Assembly (NCBI RefSeq): GCF_009914755.1
Contig: NC_060928.1
Reading direction: 5' to 3' (one strand)
From: the human T2T-CHM13v2.0 reference genome, Homo sapiens
DNA: 64,000 bases
Below, piece by piece: positions 1 to 9,583 of this stretch. The notes under the pieces were generated by a model. It did no database searches. It saw only the letters and a program-made list of their open reading frames with translations, and was not told the origin of the DNA. Numbering within the stretch: the stretch's first letter is position 1; the number at the start of each line of letters is the position of its first letter. A program made the translations under genes and the position numbers.

Positions 1-915
1 TGGATATTCGGATGGCTCTGAGGATTTCGTTGGAAGCGGGATTACATATAAAATCTAGAGAGAAGCATTCTCAGGAACTTCTTTGTGATGTTTGCATTGA
101 AGTCACAGAATTGAACATTCACTTTGATAGAGCAGGTTTGAAACACTCATTCTGTAGTATCTGGAAGTGGACATTTCAAGCGCTTTCAGGCCTATGGTGA
201 AAAAGGAAATATCTTCGAATAAAAACTAGACAGAAGCATCCTCAGAAACTTATTTGTGATGTGTGTCCTCAACTAACAGAGTTGAAACTTTGTTTTGATA
301 CAGCATTTTGGAAACACTCCTTTTGTAGAATCTGCAGGTGGATATGTGGATAGCTCTGAAGATTTCGTTGGAAACGGGAATTTCTTCATATAAAATCAAA
401 CAGAAGCATTCTCAGAAACTTCTCAGTGATGTTTGCATTCAGCTCATGGAGTTGAACACTTCCTTTCATAGAGCCGGTTTGAAACACTCTTTCTGCACTA
501 CCTGGAAGAGGCCATTTCGAGCGCTTTGAGTCCTATGGTGAAAAAGGAAATATCTTCTCATAAAAACCAGAAAGAAGCATTCTCAGAAACTTCTTTGTGT
601 TGTGTGTACTCATGTAACAGTGTTGAACCATCCTTTTGACAGAGCAGTTTTGAAACACTCTTTTTGTAGAATCTGCAAGTGGATATTTGGATAGCTTTGA
701 GGATTTCGTTGGAAACGGGATGACATATAATATCTAGAGAGAAGCATTCTCAGGAACTTCTTTGTGCTGTTTGCATTCAAGTCACAGAATTGAACATTCC
801 CTTTCATAGAGCAGATTTGAAACACTCTTTCTCTAGTATCTGGAAGTGGGCATTTCAAGCGCTTTCAGGCCTATTGAGAGAAAGGAAATACCTTCAAATA
901 AAAACTAGACAGAAG
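1..915 (+). repeat. 6-mer HOR variant (5'-truncated by window): m1, m2, m3/m4 hybrid, m5, m6, m7
   Basis: Same monomer order and private alleles (GGCCATTT, GTGCTGTT, GCAGATTT, CTATTGAG) as the complete 1017-bp inserts. Confidence 0.9.
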
Positions 916-1041
916 CATTCTCAGAAACTTGTTTGTGATGTGTGTATTCAACTAACAGAGTTGAACTTTTGTTTTTACAGAGCCGTTTTAAAACACTCTT
1001 TTTGTGGAATCAGAAAGTGGATATTCGGATGGCTCTGAGGA

Positions 1042-1058
1042 TTTCGTTGGAAGCGGGA
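1042..1058 (+). promoter_or_regulatory. CENP-B box, m1 (intact core); repeated in every unit
   Basis: TTTCGTTGGAAGCGGGA matches nTTCGnnnnAnnCGGGn. Confidence 0.93.
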
Positions 1059-1379
1059 TTACATATAAAATCTAGAGAGAAGCATTCTCAGGAACTTCTT
1101 TGTGATGTTTGCATTGAAGTCACAGAATTGAACATTCACTTTGATAGAGCAGGTTTGAAACACTCATTCTGTAGTATCTGGAAGTGGACATTTCAAGCGC
1201 TTTCAGGCCTATGGTGAGAAAGGAAATATCTTCGAATAAAAACTAGACAGAAGCATCCTCAGAAACTTATTTGTGATGTGTGTCCTCAACTAACAGAGTT
1301 GAAACTTTGTTTTGATACAGCATTTTGGAAACACTCTTTTTGTAGAATCTGCAGGTGGATATTTGGATAGCTTAGAGGG

Positions 1380-1396
1380 ATTCGTTGGAAAGGGGA
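1380..1396 (+). promoter_or_regulatory. Defective CENP-B box, m3
   Basis: ATTCGTTGGAAAGGGGA: core CGGG is replaced by GGGG. Confidence 0.85.
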
Positions 1397-1549
1397 TATC
1401 TTCATATAAAATCTAGACAGAAGCATTCTCAGAAACTTATTTGTGATGTGTGTCCTCAACTAACAGAGTTGAACCTTGGTTTTGATACAGCATTTTGGAA
1501 ACACTCCTTTTGTAGAATCTGCAGGTGGATATGTGGATAGCTCTGAAGA

Positions 1550-1566
1550 TTTCGTTGGAAACGGGA
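1550..1566 (+). promoter_or_regulatory. CENP-B box, m4 (intact)
   Basis: TTTCGTTGGAAACGGGA. Confidence 0.93.
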
Positions 1567-1890
1567 ATTTCTTCATATAAAATCAAACAGAAGCATTCTC
1601 AGAAACTTCTCAGTGATGTTTGCATTCAGCTCATGGAGTTGAACACTTCCTTTCATAGAGCCGGTTTGAAACACTCTTTCTGCACTACCTGGAAGAGGAC
1701 ATTTCGAGCGCTTTGAGTCCTATGGTGAAAAAGGAAATATCTTCTCATAAAAACCAGAAAGAAGCATTCTCAGAAACTTCTTTGTGTTGTGTGTACTCAT
1801 GTAACAGTGTTGAACCATCCTTTTGACAGAGCAGTTTTGAAACACTCTTTTTGTAGAATCTGCAAGTGGATATTTGGATAGCTTTGAGGA

Positions 1891-1907
1891 TTTCGTTGGA
1901 AACGGGA
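1891..1907 (+). promoter_or_regulatory. CENP-B box, m6 (intact)
   Basis: TTTCGTTGGAAACGGGA. Confidence 0.93.
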
Positions 1908-2228
1908 TGACATATAATATCTAGAGAGAAGCATACTCAGGAACTTCTTTGTGATGTTTGCATTCAAGTCACAGAATTGAACATTCCCTTTCATAGAGCA
2001 GGTTTGAAACACTCTTTCTCTAGTATCTGGAAGTGGGCATTTCAAGCGCTTTCAGGCCTATGGAGAGAAAGGAAATACCTTCAAATAAAAACTAGACAGA
2101 AGCATTCTCAGAAACTTATTTGTGATGTGTGTCCTCAACTAACAGAGTTGAACCTTTGTTTTGATACAGCATTTTGGAAACACTCCTTTTGTAGAATCTG
2201 CAGGTGGATATTTGGATAACTTTGAAGA

Positions 2229-2245
2229 TTTCGTTGGAAACCGGA
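2229..2245 (+). promoter_or_regulatory. Defective CENP-B box, m8
   Basis: TTTCGTTGGAAACCGGA: CGGG changed to CCGG, which creates an MspI/HpaII site. Confidence 0.85.
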
Positions 2246-2571
2246 ATATCTTCATATAAAATCAAGACAGAAGCATTCTCGGAAACATCTCTGTGATGTT
2301 TGCATTCAACTCAGTAGAGTTGAACACTTCCTTTCATAGAGCCGGTTTGAAACGCTCTTTCTGCACTACCTGGAAGAGGACATTTCGAGCGCTTTGAGGC
2401 CTATGGTGAAAAAGGAAATATCTTCTCATAAAAACCAGAAAGAAGCATTCTCAGAAACTTCTTTGTGTTGTGTGTACTCAAGTAACAGTGTTGAACCTTC
2501 CTTTTGACACAGCAGTTTTGAAACACTCTTTTGGTAGAATCTGCAAGTGGATATTTGGATAGCTTTGAGGA

Positions 2572-2588
2572 TTTCGTTGGAAACGGGT
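2572..2588 (+). promoter_or_regulatory. CENP-B box, m10 (core intact)
   Basis: TTTCGTTGGAAACGGGT. Confidence 0.9.
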
Positions 2589-2741
2589 TATCTTCATATA
2601 AAATCCAGACAGGAGCATTCTCAGAAACTTCTTTGTGCTGCATGTCCTCAATTCACAGAGCTGAACCTTTGTTTGGATACAGCATTTTGGAAACATTCCT
2701 TTAGTAGAATCTGCAAGTTGATATTTAGATAGCTTTGAAGA

Positions 2742-2758
2742 TTTCGTTGGAAACGGGA
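2742..2758 (+). promoter_or_regulatory. CENP-B box, m11 (intact)
   Basis: TTTCGTTGGAAACGGGA. Confidence 0.93.
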
Positions 2759-3081
2759 ATATCTTCATAGAAAATCTAGACGGAAGCATTCTCAGAAACT
2801 GCTTTGTGATGTTTGCATTCAAGTCACAGAGTTGAATATTCCCTTTTATAGAGTAGGTTTGAAACACTCTTTCGGCACTACCTGGAAGTGGATATTTCGA
2901 GCTCTTTGAGGCCTATGGTTAAAAGGAAATATCTTCCCATAAAAACTAGACAGAAGCCGTCTCAGAAACTTGTTTGTGATGTGTGTATTCAACTAACAGA
3001 GTTGAACATTTCTGTTACAGAGCAATTTTAAAACACTCTTTTTGTGGAATCTGAAAGTGGATAATTGGATAGCTTTGTGGA

Positions 3082-3098
3082 TTTCGTTGGAAACGGGA
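3082..3098 (+). promoter_or_regulatory. CENP-B box, m13 (intact)
   Basis: TTTCGTTGGAAACGGGA. Confidence 0.93.
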
Positions 3099-3419
3099 TG
3101 ACGTATAAAATCTAGAGAGAAGCATTCTCAGGAACTTCTTTGTGATGTTTGCATTCAAGTCACAGAATTGAACATTCCTTTTCATAGTGCAGGTTTGAAA
3201 CACTCTTTCTGTAGTATCTGGAAGTGGACATTTCAAGCGCTTTCAGGCCTACGGGGAGAAAGGAAATATCTTCAAATAAAAACTAGACAGAAGGATTCTC
3301 AGAAACTTATTTGTGATGTGTGTCCTAAACGAACACAGTTGAACCTTTGTTTAGATACAGCATTTTGGAAACACTCCTTTTGTAGGATCTGCAGGTGGAT
3401 ATTTGGATAGATTTTAAGA

Positions 3420-3436
3420 TTTCGTTGGAAACGGGA
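3420..3436 (+). promoter_or_regulatory. CENP-B box, m15 (intact)
   Basis: TTTCGTTGGAAACGGGA. Confidence 0.93.
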
Positions 3437-3761
3437 GTTTCTTCATAGAAACTCAAGACAGATGCATTCTCAGAAACATCTCTGTGATGTTTGCATTCCA
3501 CTCATAGAGTTGAAAACTTCCTTTCATAGAGCAGGTTTGAAACACTCTTTTTGTAATATTTGGAAGTGGACATTTGCAGCGCTTTGAGGCCTATGGTGAA
3601 AAAGGAAATATCTTCTCATAAAAACCAGAAACAAGCATTCTCAGAAACTTCTTTTTGATGTGTGTACTCAAGTAACAGAGTTGAACCTTCCTTTTGACAC
3701 AGCAGTTTTGAAACAATCTTTTTGTAGAATCTGCAAGTGGATATTTGGATAGCTTTGAGGA

Positions 3762-3778
3762 TTTCGTTGGAAACGGGA
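3762..3778 (+). promoter_or_regulatory. CENP-B box, m17 (intact)
   Basis: TTTCGTTGGAAACGGGA. Confidence 0.93.
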
Positions 3779-3931
3779 TATCTTCATATAAAATCTAGAC
3801 AGAAGCATTCTCAGAAACTTCTTTGTGCTGTATGTCCTCAATTAACAGAGTTGAACCATTGCTTGGATACAGCATTTTGGAAACATTCCTTGAGTAGAAT
3901 CTGCAAGTTGATATTGAGATAGATTTGAAGA

Positions 3932-3948
3932 TTTCGTTGGAAAAGGGA
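3932..3948 (+). promoter_or_regulatory. Defective CENP-B box, m18
   Basis: TTTCGTTGGAAAAGGGA: CGGG changed to AGGG. Confidence 0.85.
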
Positions 3949-4147
3949 ATATCTCCATATAAAATCTAGACGGAAGCATTCTCAGAAACTGCTTTGTGAT
4001 GTTTCCATTCAAGTCACAGAGTTGAATATTCCCTTTTATAGAGCACGTTTGAAACACTCTTTCTGCACTATCTGGAAGTGGACATTTCGAGCGCTTTGAG
4101 GCCTATGGTGAAAAAGGAAATATCTTCCCATAAAAATTAGACAGAAG

Positions 4148-5164
4148 CATTCTCAGAAACTTGTTTGTGATGTGTGTATTCAACTAACAGAGTTGAACTT
4201 TTGTTTTTACAGAGCCGTTTTAAAACACTCTTTTTGTGGAATCAGAAAGTGGATATTCGGATGGCTCTGAGGATTTCGTTGGAAGCGGGATTACATATAA
4301 AATCTAGAGAGAAGCATTCTCAGGAACTTCTTTGTGATGTTTGCATTGAAGTCACAGAATTGAACATTCACTTTGATAGAGCAGGTTTGAAACACTCATT
4401 CTGTAGTATCTGGAAGTGGACATTTCAAGCGCTTTCAGGCCTATGGTGAAAAAGGAAATATCTTCGAATAAAAACTAGACAGAAGCATCCTCAGAAACTT
4501 ATTTGTGATGTGTGTCCTCAACTAACAGAGTTGAAACTTTGTTTTGATACAGCATTTTGGAAACACTCCTTTTGTAGAATCTGCAGGTGGATATGTGGAT
4601 AGCTCTGAAGATTTCGTTGGAAACGGGAATTTCTTCATATAAAATCAAACAGAAGCATTCTCAGAAACTTCTCAGTGATGTTTGCATTCAGCTCATGGAG
4701 TTGAACACTTCCTTTCATAGAGCCGGTTTGAAACACTCTTTCTGCACTACCTGGAAGAGGCCATTTCGAGCGCTTTGAGTCCTATGGTGAAAAAGGAAAT
4801 ATCTTCTCATAAAAACCAGAAAGAAGCATTCTCAGAAACTTCTTTGTGTTGTGTGTACTCATGTAACAGTGTTGAACCATCCTTTTGACAGAGCAGTTTT
4901 GAAACACTCTTTTTGTAGAATCTGCAAGTGGATATTTGGATAGCTTTGAGGATTTCGTTGGAAACGGGATGACATATAATATCTAGAGAGAAGCATTCTC
5001 AGGAACTTCTTTGTGCTGTTTGCATTCAAGTCACAGAATTGAACATTCCCTTTCATAGAGCAGATTTGAAACACTCTTTCTCTAGTATCTGGAAGTGGGC
5101 ATTTCAAGCGCTTTCAGGCCTATTGAGAGAAAGGAAATACCTTCAAATAAAAACTAGACAGAAG
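4148..5164 (+). repeat. 6-mer HOR variant (1017 bp)
   Basis: m1 marker ORF at 4174 recurs at 5191 (+1017); m3 box region absent. Confidence 0.92.
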
Positions 5165-8100
5165 CATTCTCAGAAACTTGTTTGTGATGTGTGTATTCAA
5201 CTAACAGAGTTGAACTTTTGTTTTTACAGAGCCGTTTTAAAACACTCTTTTTGTGGAATCAGAAAGTGGATATTCGGATGGCTCTGAGGATTTCGTTGGA
5301 AGCGGGATTACATATAAAATCTAGAGAGAAGCATTCTCAGGAACTTCTTTGTGATGTTTGCATTGAAGTCACAGAATTGAACATTCACTTTGATAGAGCA
5401 GGTTTGAAACACTCATTCTGTAGTATCTGGAAGTGGACAATTCAAGCGCTTTCAGGCCTATGGTGAGAAAGGAAATATCTTCGAATAAAAACTAGACAGA
5501 AGCATCCTCAGAAACTTATTTGTGATGTGTGTCCTCAACTAACAGAGTTGAAACTTTGTTTTGATACAGCATTTTGGAAACACTCTTTTTGTAGAATCTG
5601 CAGGTGGATATTTGGATAGCTTAGAGGGATTCGTTGGAAAGGGGATATCTTCATATAAAATCTAGACAGAAGCATTCTCAGAAACTTATTTGTGATGTGT
5701 GTCCTCAACTAACAGAGTTGAACCTTGGTTTTGATACAGCATTTTGGAAACACTCCTTTTGTAGAATCTGCAGGTGGATATGTGGATAGCTCTGAAGATT
5801 TCGTTGGAAACGGGAATTTCTTCATATAAAATCAAACAGAAGCATTCTCAGAAACTTCTCAGTGATGTTTGCATTCAGCTCATGGAGTTGAACACTTCCT
5901 TTCATAGAGCCGGTTTGAAACACTCTTTCTGCACTACCTGGAAGAGGACATTTCGAGCGCTTTGAGTCCTATGGTGAAAAAGGAAATATCTTCTCATAAA
6001 AACCAGAAAGAAGCATTCTCAGAAACTTCTTTGTGTTGTGTGTACTCATGTAACAGTGTTGAACCATCCTTTTGACAGAGCAGTTTTGAAACACTCTTTT
6101 TGTAGAATCTGCAAGTGGATATTTGGATAGCTTTGAGGATTTCGTTGGAAACGGGATGACATATAATATCTAGAGAGAAGCATACTCAGGAACTTCTTTG
6201 TGATGTTTGCATTCAAGTCACAGAATTGAACATTCCCTTTCATAGAGCAGGTTTGAAACACTCTTTCTCTAGTATCTGGAAGTGGGCATTTCAAGCGCTT
6301 TCAGGCCTATGGAGAGAAAGGAAATACCTTCAAATAAAAACTAGACAGAAGCATTCTCAGAAACTTATTTGTGATGTGTGTCCTCAACTAACAGAGTTGA
6401 ACCTTTGTTTTGATACAGCATTTTGGAAACACTCCTTTTGTAGAATCTGCAGGTGGATATTTGGATAACTTTGAAGATTTCGTTGGAAACCGGAATATCT
6501 TCATATAAAATCAAGACAGAAGCATTCTCGGAAAAATCTCTGTGATGTTTGCATTCAACTCAGTAGAGTTGAACACTTCCTTTCATAGAGCAGGTTTGAA
6601 ACACTCTTTCTGCACTACCTGGAAGAGGACATTTCGAGCGCTTTGAGGCCTATGGTGAAAAAGGAAATATCTTCTCATAAAAACCAGAAAGAAGCATTCT
6701 CAGAAACTTCTTTGTGTTGTGTGTACTCAAGTAACAGTGTTGAACCTTCCTTTTGACACAGCAGTTTTGAAACACTCTTTTGGTAGAATCTGCAAGTGGA
6801 TATTTGGATAGCTTTGAGGATTTCGTTGGAAACGGGTTATCTTCATATAAAATCCAGACAGGAGCATTCTCAGAAACTTCTTTGTGCTGCATGTCCTCAA
6901 TTCACAGAGCTGAACCTTTGTTTGGATACAGCATTTTGGAAACATTCCTTTAGTAGAATCTGCAAGTTGATATTTAGATAGCTTTGAAGATTTCGTTGGA
7001 AACGGGAATATCTTCATAGAAAATCTAGACGGAAGCATTCTCAGAAACTGCTTTGTGATGTTTGCATTCAAGTCACAGAGTTGAATATTCCCTTTTATAG
7101 AGTAGGTTTGAAACACTCTTTTGGCACTACCTGGAAGTGGATATTTCGAGCTCTTTGAGGCCTATGGTTAAAAGGAAATATCTTCCCATAAAAACTAGAC
7201 AGAAGCCGTCTCAGAAACTTGTTTGTGATGTGTGTATTCAACTAACAGAGTTGAACATTTCTGTTACAGAGCAATTTTAAAACACTCTTTTTGTGGAATC
7301 TGAAAGTGGATAATTGGATAGCTTTGTGGATTTCGTTGGAAACGGGATGACGTATAAAATCTAGAGAGAAGCATTCTCAGGAACTTCTTTGTGATGTTTG
7401 CATTCAAGTCACAGAATTGAACATTCCCTTTCATAGAGCAGGTTTGAAACACTCTTTCTCTAGTATCTGGAAGTGGGCATTTCAAGCGCTTTCAGGCCTA
7501 TGGAGAGAAAGGAAATACCTTCAAATAAAAACTAGACAGAAGCATTCTCAGAAACTTATTTGTGATGTGTGTCCTCAACTAACAGAGTTGAACCTTTGTT
7601 TTGATACAGCATTTTGGAAACACTCCTTTTGTAGGATCTGCAGGTGGATATTTGGATAGATTTTAAGATTTCGTTGGAAACGGGAGTTTCTTCATAGAAA
7701 CTCAAGACAGATGCATTCTCAGAAACATCTCTGTGATGTTTGCATTCCACTCATAGATTTGAAAACTTCCTTTCATAGAGCAGGTTTGAAACACTCTTTT
7801 TGTAATATTTGGAAGTGGACATTTGCAGCGCTTTGAGGCCTATGGTGAAAAAGGAAATATCTTCTCATAAAAACCAGAAACAAGCATTCTCAGAAACTTC
7901 TTTTTGATGTGTGTACTCAAGTAACAGAGTTGAACCTTCCTTTTGACACAGCAGTTTTGAAACAATCTTTTTGTAGAATCTGCAAGTGGATATTTGGATA
8001 GCTTTGAGGATTTCATTGGAAACGGGATATCTTCATATAAAATCTAGACAGAAGCATTCTCAGAAACTTCTTTGTGCTGTATGTCCTCAATTAACAGAGT

Positions 8101-8396
8101 TGAACCATTGCTTGGATACAGCATTTTGGAAACATTCCTTGAGTAGAATCTGCAAGTTGATATTGAGATAGATTTGAAGATTTCGTTGGAAAAGGGAATA
8201 TCTCCATATAAAATCTAGAGGGAAGCATTCTCAGAAACTGCTCTGTGATGTTTCCATTCAAGTCACAGAGTTGAATATTCCCTTTTATAGAGCACGTTTG
8301 AAACACTCTTTCTGCACTATCTGGAAGTGGACATTTCGAGCGCTTTGAGGCCTATGGTGAAAAAGGAAATATCTTCCCATAAAAACCAGACAGAAG
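5165..8396 (+). repeat. 19-mer HOR carrying an m7/m8-derived tract in m14/m15
   Basis: 3232 bp; the ORF at 7417 has the same translation as the one at 6226. Confidence 0.9.
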
Positions 8397-9583
8397 CATT
8401 CTCAGAAACTGGTTTGTGATGTGTGTATTCAACTAACAGAGTTGAACTTTTGTTTTTACAGAGCCGTTTTAAAACACTCTTTTTGTGGAATCAGAAAGTG
8501 GATATTCGGATGGCTCTGAGGATTTCGTTGGAAGCGGGATTACATATAAAATCTAGAGAGAAGCATTCTCAGGAACTTCTTTGTGATGTTTGCATTGAAG
8601 TCACAGAATTGAACATTCACTTTGATAGAGCAGGTTTGAAACACTCATTCTGTAGTATCTGGAAGTGGACATTTCAAGCGCTTTCAGGCCTATGGTGAGA
8701 AAGGAAATATCTTCGAATAAAAACTAGACAGAAGCATCCTCAGAAACTTATTTGTGATGTGTGTCCTCAACTAACAGAGTTGAAACTTTGTTTTGATACA
8801 GCATTTTGGAAACACTCTTTTTGTAGAATCTGCAGGTGGATATTTGGATAGCTTAGAGGGATTCGTTGGAAAGGGGATATCTTCATATAAAATCTAGACA
8901 GAAGCATTCTCAGAAACTTATTTGTGATGTGTGTCCTCAACTAACAGAGTTGAACCTTGGTTTTGATACAGCATTTTGGAAACACTCCTTTTGTAGAATC
9001 TGCAGGTGGATATGTGGATAGCTCTGAAGATTTCGTTGGAAACGGGAATTTCTTCATATAAAATCAAACAGAAGCATTCTCAGAAACTTCTCAGTGATGT
9101 TTGCATTCAGCTCATGGAGTTGAACACTTCCTTTCATAGAGCCGGTTTGAAACACTCTTTCTGCACTACCTGGAAGAGGACATTTCGAGCGCTTTGAGTC
9201 CTATGGTGAAAAAGGAAATATCTTCTCATAAAAACCAGAAAGAAGCATTCTCAGAAACTTCTTTGTGTTGTGTGTACTCATGTAACAGTGTTGAACCATC
9301 CTTTTGACAGAGCAGTTTTGAAACACTCTTTTTGTAGAATCTGCAAGTGGATATTTGGATAGCTTTGAGGATTTCGTTGGAAACGGGATGACATATAATA
9401 TCTAGAGAGAAGCATTCTCAGGAACTTCTTTGTGATGTTTGCATTCAAGTCACAGAATTGAACATTCCCTTTCATAGAGCAGATTTGAAACACTCTTTCT
9501 CTAGTATCTGGAAGTGGGCATTTCAAGCGCTTTCAGGCCTATTGAGAGAAAGGAAATACCTTCAAATAAAAACTAGACAGAAG
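8397..9583 (+). repeat. 7-mer HOR variant (m1-m7, 1187 bp)
   Basis: m1 marker ORF at 8423 recurs at 9610 (+1187); both m3 and m4 present. Confidence 0.92.

Larger units (their letters stand above)
916..4147 (+). repeat. Canonical 19-mer HOR (reference unit). Monomer starts: 916, 1083, 1254, 1424, 1594, 1765, 1932, 2103, 2274, 2446, 2616, 2787, 2957, 3123, 3294, 3465, 3636, 3806, 3977
   Basis: Monomers counted by hand from the (C/G)ATTCTC-like starts; total 3232 bp; 11 box-type and 8 pJalpha-type monomers. Confidence 0.93.

Noticed and set aside
44-52. TATA-like (CATATAAAA) and AATAAA polyadenylation-like motifs in many monomers
   Set aside because: They are ordinary parts of the AT-rich alphoid consensus, with no independent evidence of promoter or terminator function.
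7556-7750. Apparently unique ORF MECKHHRD… (also at 63157)
   Set aside because: It is a by-product of the m14/m15 conversion tract altering stop codons, not a gene.
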